From Bacteroidota bacterium (GTDB lineage: Bacteria; Bacteroidota; Bacteroidia; Cytophagales; Cyclobacteriaceae), in contig JAJRQT010000230.1 of NCBI GenBank assembly GCA_024280115.1, forward strand, positions 146 through 64,145: 64,000 nt of DNA. The letters are read 5' to 3'. The position numbers were made by a program, and so were the translations under genes. Each line of letters begins with the position of its first letter. The first letter of the stretch is position 1. The notes under the pieces were generated by a model. The model worked only from the letters and a program-made list of their open reading frames with translations, ran no database searches and was not told the DNA's origin. Below, piece by piece: positions 16,458 through 25,443 of this stretch.

Positions 16458-17819
16458 TTATCCGAGACTTCCGGACCAAACCTCAAATTTCCTGCCCCCT
16501 CTTTCATCATCTTTATAAAAGGATAAATAGGTCATCACTTTATAATTTACAAATTTTGGAAGTTTGGTGTTTGCCTTCGCCATTTCATATACCGCCCTCC
16601 AAGTACCGGAATTTATATAAATCTGGTCTTTATTAATACTTGTGTCTAGAGGCACCACTTCAGTTTGATGCGTGTGGCCATAAACGATAAAAGATTTTTT
16701 ATCAATAAACGCCTGCTCTTCAAAGGAATACTCGGAATAAGAACCTCCGCCTCCTTTTCTTTTTTTAGCAAACCATTTAATGACATCCGCTATTTTATCA
16801 AAAGAAAATTTATTGCTGATTTTCAATCCGATGTCAAGTTTGTCAACGGCGTCCAACGGATTCCACCAATTATCCCTGCTTCGCACGAAGTCCAGCTTCA
16901 AGAAGTCATCGGAAAGCTTATTCCATATTGTTTTTACCAGATCAGCAGTATCCGGCTGACTTTTACAAGTTTTATCCAACAATGCATCTATCCATACTGG
17001 TATCAATAATAGTGGTCTCACATTGTCAATTTCGTTTAAACCATCCAGAAACTCAACAGGTAGCCCGTCTCCCAACTGTCTTCTTACCTCGGCAGGAAAA
17101 CGATTCAATAATTCTACTACGATGGCATCGCCTAGTGATGATGCATCCCGATTTCCTTCATAGTTAAATGGATCATAAATATCACCATGGCGCGCATAAA
17201 CATCATGGTCGTTAAGCGCTTTAATTATTATCGCTGATTCAACAGGATCATGAGCAAAAGGTCTGTTGGGATCATTCGCCAGCCCCATTGCCTCAACCAC
17301 GGATTTGCGGATATTATTATATTCCTCACCTTCGAGGTGAAAAAACCAATCGTGATTACCGACCATGTAATGGATGTTTACCGAGACAGGAATTCTTCCT
17401 TCCGCTTCAGGTTCGTAGCCAGTTTTGGCTACATTGCCGGCGCCATCTTCGGGAGGTAAAGTAATTCTGAGACTGTTATTATTAGAGTTTAACCCTCGTA
17501 GTATTTCAAATGCAGGCTCATTCTTTGAAAGAATATCTTTGTTGATCTTTTGAACCATTTTTAAAAAATCCGTACTCTGGGAATTATCCCACGGACGCAC
17601 TTCTTCATCCAGCCATTTCACAGATCGTATTACATCCAACACATCTCCCAACAATAACAAGTCGATTTGCTCAATAGGTCTATAGGTGCCGTCTGTCCTC
17701 CAGGATGCTTCATAGGCCATCTCCCGTAATCGTTCGCGGAATATTTTAAAAGCGCGTTCTGAAATGGTGGTTCCCGAAGTCCCATCCGTCAAATGTAAAT
17801 CACTTATTAATACCAGCAT
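16458..17819 (-). CDS. Calcineurin-like metallophosphoesterase (long form, 453 aa)
   Basis: Motifs in order: 'ISDLHLTDG' (DxH), 'LLGDVLD' (GDxxD), 'MVGNHDW' (GNHD), 'ARHGDIYD', 'VYGHTHQ' (GHTH). Confidence 0.85.
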   Translation of the reverse strand: MLVLISDLHLTDGTSGTTISERAFKIFRERLREMAYEASWRTDGTYRPIEQIDLLLLGDVLDVIRSVKWLDEEVRPWDNSQSTDFLKMVQKINKDILSKNEPAFEILRGLNSNNNSLRITLPPEDGAGNVAKTGYEPEAEGRIPVSVNIHYMVGNHDWFFHLEGEEYNNIRKSVVEAMGLANDPNRPFAHDPVESAIIIKALNDHDVYARHGDIYDPFNYEGNRDASSLGDAIVVELLNRFPAEVRRQLGDGLPVEFLDGLNEIDNVRPLLLIPVWIDALLDKTCKSQPDTADLVKTIWNKLSDDFLKLDFVRSRDNWWNPLDAVDKLDIGLKISNKFSFDKIADVIKWFAKKRKGGGGSYSEYSFEEQAFIDKKSFIVYGHTHQTEVVPLDTSINKDQIYINSGTWRAVYEMAKANTKLPKFVNYKVMTYLSFYKDDERGGRKFEVWSGSLG

Positions 17820-18202
17820 CTTTGTGTAGTTTATACTATTTCAATTCAATCCAAGCCTTGAATAAATAGATATTTTTATAACAGATCTAACTTTGTTTTC
17901 CATATATGCAAAATATCCGGTTCACCGAGTCTATATTCATTTTCCATTCCAAATATTTTCTTTTATCTGTGTTCTTCAAAATAGATATATATTTAATATC
18001 ACCTAATTTTCATATTTAATCGCAATAAATAAGCAATAAAGTACTGAAAGAAAGTCACACTAATTACAAAATACTTTTTGGAATAGTTGATCTGTTTTTG
18101 AGATATATTAATTGTAAAATAGTGTTTAACTTTTAAATATAGTAATTATGTCTAATAATTATAACATGATGTTTAGTTTATTTGAAAACTGAATTCTCCA
18201 GG

Positions 18203-19180
18203 TCAAATCGCGATCCATTTAAATTCATATTGTTTTTCCGGGATTTTTATACGTTCAGAAATTCTTTGTAATCGTTGTGGTAACGCCATTAAATAATCTC
18301 TGGCTTTTTCCGCCGAATCATTCAATCCAGTCATAGTTTCAATATTCCACTGTTTCAAAAGATCTTCCAGAATTTGGATGTAATCATGGGTAGTATATAC
18401 CTGAATGCGTTGTGCGGCATCAGAAAAATGTGAAAATAAATTCCCTATCGCCCCACCGCTTTCTCTTAAATAATGTGCTGGCATCACGATCTTTTTCCTC
18501 ATCATATCCTCTAATGCGACCATTACCTCGCTCGGGTCCAGAACGAATATTCTCTTGATAAAATCAATATATGCGCTGGCATGGCGGGCTTCATCGGCAG
18601 CAATAATTCCACAGATCTTGGATAATCTTTTATTCCCGGTCTGTTTTGATAAAGAGGCAACCCTGCGATGCGAAATGTTGGTCGCAAGTTCCTGAAAACT
18701 TGTATATATGAAATTTCGGTACGGATCTATTCCTGTTCCTATGTCAAAACCATCGTTGAGAAGATGCTGAGTAGAAATTTCCATCTCACGCATATTTACA
18801 CGGCCTGATAAATAGAGATATTTATTTAATAGATCCCCGTGACGGTTTTCTTCAGCGGTCCAGCCACGCACCCATTTTGACCAGCCATTCCTTCCATCCT
18901 GATCAACACCTTCAACATCCATCAACCAGGATTCGTAAGTTGGCAAGGCCTCTTCGGTTATTGTGTCGCCTATTAAAACTGCCCACAAGTCATAGCTCAT
19001 CTCTTTTGCCAGTTCCTGGATTTCCTTTACATCTTTATAAAATTCAGGGGATTTGGAGTCTGGCAACAAATCTGATGGTTGCCAATTTTTTTCGATTGGT
19101 TTTAAATACTTATTTATTAGCTCACCCATTGATTTCTCAACGGTCTGCATTACTTCCAGTCGTAGGTTAGGTAACTTCAT
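18203..19180 (-). CDS. Soluble acyl-ACP (stearoyl-ACP type) desaturase, di-iron
   Basis: Both di-iron motifs are present: 'WTAEENRHGDLL' and 'IAADEARHASAY'. Length of 325 aa is typical of the family. Confidence 0.85.
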   Translation of the reverse strand: MKLPNLRLEVMQTVEKSMGELINKYLKPIEKNWQPSDLLPDSKSPEFYKDVKEIQELAKEMSYDLWAVLIGDTITEEALPTYESWLMDVEGVDQDGRNGWSKWVRGWTAEENRHGDLLNKYLYLSGRVNMREMEISTQHLLNDGFDIGTGIDPYRNFIYTSFQELATNISHRRVASLSKQTGNKRLSKICGIIAADEARHASAYIDFIKRIFVLDPSEVMVALEDMMRKKIVMPAHYLRESGGAIGNLFSHFSDAAQRIQVYTTHDYIQILEDLLKQWNIETMTGLNDSAEKARDYLMALPQRLQRISERIKIPEKQYEFKWIAI

Positions 19181-19565
19181 AATTGGTTCTTAGAATATCG
19201 AATTTAATCAAAAAAATCTGTTCTGGTTTATTGTCGTCGGATAAAATTCGATTTTATAGGAAAAAATAACATTGCGACGATTATTTTCACAAGTCTCGCA
19301 AGGCTTTTATGGCAACGTTTACTGGCCAATTCAGCATGTTTTTTTGTCCGTTGAATAATTTTTCCAGACCGCAAGTTCAAACATAAAAGAGGTAATGCTA
19401 TTTGGTTAAATAATTCATACCTTCCAAAGCCTTGGTCTGTGACTCACAGACCATAAAAAATAGTTTGTACGACCTGCCGGATCAGGCAGACACAAACCAT
19501 GGTGAACAGTGCATATAACCTCAACTTATTGACATTCATCAAAGGAGGGGTAAAGGCCGGGGAGC

Positions 19566-20528
19566 TTAATAAAACTCATATTCTGTAATAAAATGTATTC
19601 TTTCATCAGTCTTTTCTGCAACCCAGGATTCTGTTTTGATCAAGCCATTCTCATAATATTCAAACTCAATTGACCGTATCCCCGAGATTTGATTTCCGTG
19701 GTCATCGTATTTGTACGAAATTTCCAGTTCAAAAATCTCCTCCTCTTCAGAAAATGCATATTTATTGATCAGATGGCCTGCGGAATCATATTCATATTTA
19801 TAGTGATAATTATTGTGTGGAGCTGACAGATCAATCGTTTTCTCCTCTTCAATCCTATTCTCGGAATTGTATTTGAAACTGGTGGTTCTAACCATTTTCA
19901 AGTCCTTTCCATAACTCCTGGTCCTTTTTGCAATATTTCCAAGCGAATCATATTTATAACTTATTGCATAATTATGATTAAAAATCCTGCTTTCCGGTGA
20001 GGTGCTTTTTTCAGAGAGGAGATGGTCATTTTCATATTTATATATGATTGTCTGATTTGGACCGACTGAATCTGGTAGGTTTAAGCCGGTAAAGGTATAA
20101 AGCAGCTTTTCACTCAATTTACCCTGGTTATTATAGAAATACAATATTTTTTCATTTAAAGGCTTGTCTCCAAATGATTGAATATAATCTTCATCTCGTT
20201 TAAAAAGATTTAAGATCTTTTGGATTTTTAATTCTTCAACTAGTTGGCCGTTTTCATTGTATTGAAAAGTTGAGGTATGGCTATATGAGACATCATCCCA
20301 TAGAGAAAGCAAGTATTTTTTCATCAATCTTCCATCCTGGCTTATTTCCTTTTTTAAAACCAATTTTCTGTTGGTAGTTGAAGCATCAGCAATTGAGTAA
20401 TGGTATGTAGAAACCGTTTTTACACTCAAAGCTTTCAATTTTTCATCGCTACTCTGTATAGGTTCAATCTGAGCAAAAAGGTCAATATATGGCCAAGTAA
20501 TAAGGATAAAGTAAATAATTTTTCTCAT
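19566..20528 (-). CDS. Secreted YD/RHS-repeat-like protein
   Basis: Signal peptide 'IIYFILITWPYIDLFAQ'. Repeated YxYDxxG units ('YKYDSLGNIAKRT', 'YEYDSAGHLINKY', 'YKYDDHGNQISG', 'YNENGQLVEE'). Confidence 0.65.
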   Translation of the reverse strand: MRKIIYFILITWPYIDLFAQIEPIQSSDEKLKALSVKTVSTYHYSIADASTTNRKLVLKKEISQDGRLMKKYLLSLWDDVSYSHTSTFQYNENGQLVEELKIQKILNLFKRDEDYIQSFGDKPLNEKILYFYNNQGKLSEKLLYTFTGLNLPDSVGPNQTIIYKYENDHLLSEKSTSPESRIFNHNYAISYKYDSLGNIAKRTRSYGKDLKMVRTTSFKYNSENRIEEEKTIDLSAPHNNYHYKYEYDSAGHLINKYAFSEEEEIFELEISYKYDDHGNQISGIRSIEFEYYENGLIKTESWVAEKTDERIHFITEYEFY

Positions 20529-20578
20529 CAGAAGTTAGCCTATAAAATATATCAGGGTAATATGTAATTAAAGAGGTG

Positions 20579-20586
20579 CAAATTTA
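20579..20586 (-). promoter_or_regulatory. Bacteroidota sigma-A -7 motif (TAAATTTG on the minus strand)
   Basis: The plus strand reads CAAATTTA, which is TAnnTTTG on the minus strand. It lies 51 nt upstream of the 20528 start codon. Confidence 0.35.
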
Positions 20587-20689
20587 TCCTATTTCTACAA
20601 ATTGCCGAATCTGAAGCATTAAAATCCCTGGAATATTGTTAATATTTTTATCCTAATTATAATGAGTACTTCAGAAGAAAGAACTTTAG

Positions 20690-20910
20690 GACGCTCAAAT
20701 AGAAAGGGATATCCAAAGAGAGGAAGTAATCAACTTCTCCGAAAATGATGGGAAATATTTCATTCTGTCTGAGGTACCCAATATGCATCTGAAGATTTCA
20801 GAAAGGAACTGAGAGGTAAACCGGTGACACAAAGTATGAGCCGAAAGGGTAATCGTTGGGAATATTAAGTAGCAGAAAACCTCTTTAAAATATTGAAATC
20901 TGAACCGTTA
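20690..20910 (+). mobile_element. Relic of an IS3-family DDE transposase (OrfB C-terminal fragment, with in-frame stops)
   Basis: One frame reads 'WEIFHSV*GTQYASEDFRKELRGKPVTQSMSRKGNRWEY*VAENLFKILKSE'. Compare the IS3 consensus 'HSDRGxQYxS...F...L...Gi.QSMSRkGNCwDNAvAEsFFktLKtE'. Two stops fall inside the conserved blocks. Confidence 0.65.
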
Positions 20911-21002
20911 AAACGTCATCATCTCTATTCTCTATTGTGTGCAAACCTGAATATTACACGCTCATATAAAAAATCTCATGAAACTCTCGTGAATGAATTG
21001 AG

Positions 21003-22508
21003 TTAAACCACTGCTTTTAATTTTAAGCCATTAACTTCCTCAAGTACATTTTCCCAAAGGAACTCATAAGGCACTACTTCGAAGTCAACATATGACTCAC
21101 CAGCAATTTCAGAAGCCAGAAGTTTTTCTTGCAGATATTTACTTTTGTGAACAATCGTTTCATAATCTCTATTATGGATGGCGATTTTATGTAAAAGTTT
21201 ACAGAAGGTTTTAGTTCGCTTACTGAAGCTATTATTTAAATACCTGTTCACATAATCATCCATGTTATCCAATTTATTGAATATCGCAGACAATCCACCC
21301 TCAACTTTATTCAATATCTGAAGAATAATAATCGCAACATTGTAACCTACATTTCCTTTTTCAAAAATCGGTGTTTCTTTTATAAAACTTTTGTAATCAA
21401 ACTTTTTAATTATTTTTTTATTTCCTGTTAGATGGAAAAGATATCCCCTGAATATATTCCATTTAAGTAGTTCCTTCTCATCGAGAAGGGCAAAAGATTT
21501 ATTATTTGCTACCCTGAAAAAAATTTCTGATGCTTTGTCGAATTGTTTATTTTGAATATTAAGCATAACATATTTCTCAGCAAATGCATACCATGTATTG
21601 GAGGTATTGTCAATTTCACTGAGCATTTTTTCTAGAAAAATGCTGCCATCTTCAAATCTTTTTAGCTTTATTAGTGCATTCCCCTTGGAAACATTTACGA
21701 ATAGACTGTCAAATCTATTTTGATTTATTTTACCTTTTTCAATATCTTTTTCAACCTTATCAATAAGGTTTAAAACAGTTTCATACTCCCCTTTGAGCTC
21801 ATAATACCAAATCTCCATCTGGAAGTACCTTTCAAAGATGTTGTATGATTTGGTCTTATTATAAAGAGATTTGAGCTCTTCAACAGCGCTCATATATGGT
21901 TCAAAGTTCTTTTTTCTATTGTTGACTGTACTATTTATATACAGTCTGTGTTCTTGAAAAATGCTATCTGCTTTTTCCTCTGATTGCTCAAGTTCCTCGA
22001 ATTCATTCAGCTGACTTTTGATGTTCTGAAATAACTTTGGCCGGTAGGTCTTGGCATATACTTCCCGAAGCTCTCTTAAACAAGCGATAACAATTGAAGT
22101 GTATTCACATCCTTTTGCTAAATCAATTGTTTTATAAAGCAGTTTGGTGCCAAATTTAGTTTCATCTATACTTAGTAGCATTCTCGAAAAATGAAGATAT
22201 TCAAGTGCCTCCTGATACAGGTTTGTTGATTTTATATGGTTCTGTGAAGAAAAATCCATAAAAAATAAATGGTTGAGCAATTTCCTGTTCAACCTGGATT
22301 TTAGCATTCTAAATTTGAAATCCACGCCTTCACTCCCATAAATGCCTTGTGACGCTTCAAAATCATCATTGAACTCACCACTTTTTATTCCTAAAAAGAG
22401 GTTCATTTCCTTGTTACCGTTCTGATGTTGATTCCTTAAATCAAGTAATGGAAGGTTCCTCTTGGTGTTGTCAGTGACAATTTTGATTAAATCTTTAATT
22501 TCGTCCAT
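21003..22508 (-). CDS. All-helical hypothetical protein (501 aa), possibly TPR-like
   Basis: Long uninterrupted ORF. Helical-repeat character, no catalytic motif and no signal peptide. Confidence 0.55.
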   Translation of the reverse strand: MDEIKDLIKIVTDNTKRNLPLLDLRNQHQNGNKEMNLFLGIKSGEFNDDFEASQGIYGSEGVDFKFRMLKSRLNRKLLNHLFFMDFSSQNHIKSTNLYQEALEYLHFSRMLLSIDETKFGTKLLYKTIDLAKGCEYTSIVIACLRELREVYAKTYRPKLFQNIKSQLNEFEELEQSEEKADSIFQEHRLYINSTVNNRKKNFEPYMSAVEELKSLYNKTKSYNIFERYFQMEIWYYELKGEYETVLNLIDKVEKDIEKGKINQNRFDSLFVNVSKGNALIKLKRFEDGSIFLEKMLSEIDNTSNTWYAFAEKYVMLNIQNKQFDKASEIFFRVANNKSFALLDEKELLKWNIFRGYLFHLTGNKKIIKKFDYKSFIKETPIFEKGNVGYNVAIIILQILNKVEGGLSAIFNKLDNMDDYVNRYLNNSFSKRTKTFCKLLHKIAIHNRDYETIVHKSKYLQEKLLASEIAGESYVDFEVVPYEFLWENVLEEVNGLKLKAVV

Positions 22509-23040
22509 CGCGTACGTTTATTTTTTTTATTTAACAAAAACAAATCTCTCCATTTTACTAAATGTCGATCGTTTAGTTAATTTTTATCATGTGTAACGAG
22601 TCAAAATCATTACTAATTCCTTCTCCTATATCCTCAAAAAATAGAAGTTATGGTTCTGACATTAGCGAAGTCTGTTGTCAACCGTATTGCCTATCTGTGA
22701 ACAGACAATTTATTACTTAAAGATCACCAAAATTTTTATGAATTTTTAGAGTATTCTATAACCGGGCCATATGTTTAGACGGATAGGGTAAATCTTTCGA
22801 TAAAAAATATTTAAAAATCAGAAAATTCAAAATAATTTTTACTACCAACATTTTTGACTATACCAATAAAAATAACCATTTTAACTTTACTTTTTTGAAG
22901 TAGTTGCAGCGCCTGGATTGTTAAAAAATTCTATTTCAATATCTTTTTATACTTGTTGATATACTTTAAAAAGATTTGGAATTCCATAAAAAATTAATCT
23001 TTTATATGGCATTTATAATATGAAAATCGACCATATTTAA

Positions 23041-23940
23041 TCAGCTACGAGGATGAAATTCCTGGATGATCTGCTTCAAATATTCCCTGTCTAGATGTGT
23101 ATAAATTTCTGTAGTTGTAATAGATTCATGTCCCAGCATTTCCTGAACGGCCCTCAGGTCTGCTCCACCTTCTACCAGGTGAGTTGCAAAGGAATGCCGG
23201 AATGTATGAGGGCTAACAGTTTTTTCAATTCCAGTTGCTTTTACCAAATCTTTAATAATTATAAAAACCATGACCCTGGAAAGACTCCTGCCTCTGCGGT
23301 TTAAGAATACATAGTTTTCAAAACCCGATTGAACTTTTTTATGACACCTGATTTCTTCGATATAAATTTTAAGATATTTTGAAGCCGAATTTCCGAAAGG
23401 CACCAAACGTTCTTTATTCCCTTTACCGATAATTCTCAAAAATCCAATATCAAAATAAATATGATTCAATTTCAATTCGATCAATTCTGAAACCCGTAAG
23501 CCAGAACTGTATAAAACTTCCAGCATTGCCCTGTTTCTTCCTCCTTCGGGTGTTGACAGGTCAATGGCCTCAAGCATCTTTTCAATTTCTACTATATTGA
23601 GCACATCTGGTAGCTTTCTACCAAGCTTAGGGGCATCGATAAGTGCAGATGGATTATCAGTCAGAACTTCTTCATATTCCAAAAATTTGTAGAAAGATTT
23701 AATACCTGAAAGTATTCGCGACTGACTGTAGGCCGACATTCCGATTTCTCCAATCTCCTGTAGAAAATCCTGGATCGTTTCCGTAGTGACTTTTGTTGGC
23801 CCGGTGGGAATATTGGAGTTCTCAACAAACTGTTTTAGCTTTGCGACATCTCTTACATAGGCTTGAATAGAATTGTCGGAAAGAGATCTTTCGAGTCTTA
23901 GATAATTGGCAAATTGACGTATGAATATTTCCCAATTCAT
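23041..23940 (-). CDS. xerD: Site-specific tyrosine recombinase XerD
   Basis: 'SGLRVSEL' (Arg), 'HTFRHSFATHLVEGGADLRAVQEMLGHESITTTEIYTHL' (H-R-H-Y block). 299 aa. Divergent from aroQ, as is typical in Bacteroidota. Confidence 0.85.
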   Translation of the reverse strand: MNWEIFIRQFANYLRLERSLSDNSIQAYVRDVAKLKQFVENSNIPTGPTKVTTETIQDFLQEIGEIGMSAYSQSRILSGIKSFYKFLEYEEVLTDNPSALIDAPKLGRKLPDVLNIVEIEKMLEAIDLSTPEGGRNRAMLEVLYSSGLRVSELIELKLNHIYFDIGFLRIIGKGNKERLVPFGNSASKYLKIYIEEIRCHKKVQSGFENYVFLNRRGRSLSRVMVFIIIKDLVKATGIEKTVSPHTFRHSFATHLVEGGADLRAVQEMLGHESITTTEIYTHLDREYLKQIIQEFHPRS

Positions 23941-23958
23941 AATTAAAGAAGTAACTGT

Positions 23959-24378
23959 ATGAATATATTAATTATCAACGGACCAAATTTAAATTTACTC
24001 GGTAAAAGAGAAAAAAAAATATATGGCGATCAAAGCTTCGATGATTATTTTTCACTGCTGCAAAGTAAATACCCTAAGGCAAATCTAAACTATTTCCAGT
24101 CCAATTCTGAATCGGAAATAATAGATAAGATCCATGAGGTTGGATTTGATATCGACGGTATCATTATTAACGCCGGGGCTTTTACACACACCTCTGTTGC
24201 CATCAGAGATGCCATTGCCGGAGTCACAAGTACCGTAATTGAAGTTCATATTTCTAATGTCCACGCACGGGAATCGTTCCGACATAAAAGCTACCTTTCA
24301 GCCGTATGTAAAGGCGTAATTGCAGGATTTGGCCTGGATAGCTATAGATTAGCCGTGGAGCATTATTTATCTATTTAG
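23959..24378 (+). CDS. aroQ: Type II 3-dehydroquinate dehydratase
   Basis: 'ILIINGPNLNLLGKREKKIYG' and 'HISNVHARESFRHKS'. 139 aa. Confidence 0.9.
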   Translation: MNILIINGPNLNLLGKREKKIYGDQSFDDYFSLLQSKYPKANLNYFQSNSESEIIDKIHEVGFDIDGIIINAGAFTHTSVAIRDAIAGVTSTVIEVHISNVHARESFRHKSYLSAVCKGVIAGFGLDSYRLAVEHYLSI

Positions 24379-24400
24379 TATTTTCTTATCTTTTTTTGCA

Positions 24401-24970
24401 TTGATCAACTTCAAAGAAATAGCCACCGTCACTCTGATCTTGTTTTCTATCATCGATATCCTCGGTTCAATCCCTGTTATTATTGATTTGAGGAAAAAAA
24501 ATGGCAAGATAGAATCCGGAAAAGCAACCCTGGTTGCCGGTATCATTATGATTGCTTTTTTATTCATTGGCGAAGGGATACTCAACCTGTTTGGAATTGA
24601 TGTTGAGTCATTTGCAATCGCAGGCGCAATAATAATTTTAATCATTGGTATGGAAATGATTCTGGATCGCTCCTTTTTTAAACAAGAATCCAACGTTGGA
24701 AGTTCAGCTTCTATCGTACCACTTGCATTTCCATTAATTGCAGGAGCAGGTTCATTGACAACAATTTTGTCGTTGAAAGCCGCTTATGGGCAAACCAATA
24801 TACTGATCGGTATTATTGTAAATCTTTTGTTTGTTTATTTAGTATTGAAATCTTCGGTCTGGTTAGAAAAAAAGCTTGGGCAAGAAGGTTTTAATATCCT
24901 CAGAAAGGTTTTTGGTATTATTCTCTTGTCACTGGCCATCAAATTATTAAAAGACAATTTACTTCCCTGA
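24401..24970 (+). CDS. marC: MarC-family (UPF0056) membrane protein
   Basis: 189 aa with six hydrophobic helices. 'LFSIIDILGSIPVII' and 'PLAFPLIAGAGSLTT' are MarC-like. TTG start. Confidence 0.65.
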   Translation: MINFKEIATVTLILFSIIDILGSIPVIIDLRKKNGKIESGKATLVAGIIMIAFLFIGEGILNLFGIDVESFAIAGAIIILIIGMEMILDRSFFKQESNVGSSASIVPLAFPLIAGAGSLTTILSLKAAYGQTNILIGIIVNLLFVYLVLKSSVWLEKKLGQEGFNILRKVFGIILLSLAIKLLKDNLLP

Positions 24971-24971
24971 T

Positions 24972-25442
24972 ATGGTAATTATTTATACAGACGGCGCGTC
25001 AAAAGGAAATCCTGGCCCGGGCGGATATGGCACGGTTTTGAAATACGGGCAACATCGAAAAGAATTGAGTGAGGGATTTCGCAAAACCACAAATAACCGG
25101 ATGGAATTATTGGCTGTTATCAAAGGGCTGGAAGCTTTGACGAAAGATGGTCTTGACGTCACTATTTATTCGGATTCAAAATATGTAGTGGATTCAGTAG
25201 AAAAGGGTTGGCTATGGGGCTGGGTAAAAAAAGGATTTAAAAATAAAAAAAATCCTGATCTCTGGAAGCGGTTCATTCCTGCATATAAAAGGCAAAAGGT
25301 AAAATTTAAATGGGTGAAAGGCCATGCTGGTAATCCTGAAAACGAACGGTGTGACCAACTGGCTGTCAATAGTTCAAGAGGACCAGGCCTGCAAATCGAC
25401 CATGGTTTCGAGCAACAGAGCAACGATAATTCTTTATTCTAA
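24972..25442 (+). CDS. rnhA: Ribonuclease HI
   Basis: 'IYTDGASKGNPGPGGYG', 'TNNRMELLAVI', 'IYSDSKYV' and 'KWVKGHAGNPENERCDQLA'. Confidence 0.9.
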   Translation: MVIIYTDGASKGNPGPGGYGTVLKYGQHRKELSEGFRKTTNNRMELLAVIKGLEALTKDGLDVTIYSDSKYVVDSVEKGWLWGWVKKGFKNKKNPDLWKRFIPAYKRQKVKFKWVKGHAGNPENERCDQLAVNSSRGPGLQIDHGFEQQSNDNSLF

Positions 25443-25443
25443 A

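Noticed and set aside
16423-16479. First 19 codons of the GMC ORF, which overlap the metallophosphoesterase gene.
   Set aside because: Met20 (ATG at 16420-16422) lies just before the FAD-binding 'YDVIVIGSGYGG' at the normal distance and removes the 22-nt overlap. The upstream codons look like non-coding read-through.
23041-23940. The tyrosine recombinase as an integrase marking a mobile or integrative element.
   Set aside because: The sequence is XerD-like throughout, and the gene is divergently paired with aroQ among housekeeping genes, a conserved chromosomal arrangement. No att-like repeats or cargo genes are adjacent. The nearby IS3 relic is separated from it by the 501-aa gene.
24011-24019. 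Other long A-runs (A9 at 24011-24019 in aroQ, 47716-47724 in wecB and 50982-50990 in the GT4 gene), considered as additional frame-shift or phase-variation sites.
   Set aside because: All three are read through in frame as Lys codons within intact, conserved proteins. They reflect the AT-rich, Lys-rich coding style. Only the A10 at 9859-9868 coincides with a frame break.
25324-25443. ATG at 25324 as the start of the tRNA methyltransferase, overlapping rnhA by 119 nt.
   Set aside because: The overlapped part has no similarity to YfiC-type N-termini. An in-frame TTG at 25444, right after the rnhA stop, gives the expected 'xxDYFKFKKFTIWQD' N-terminus.
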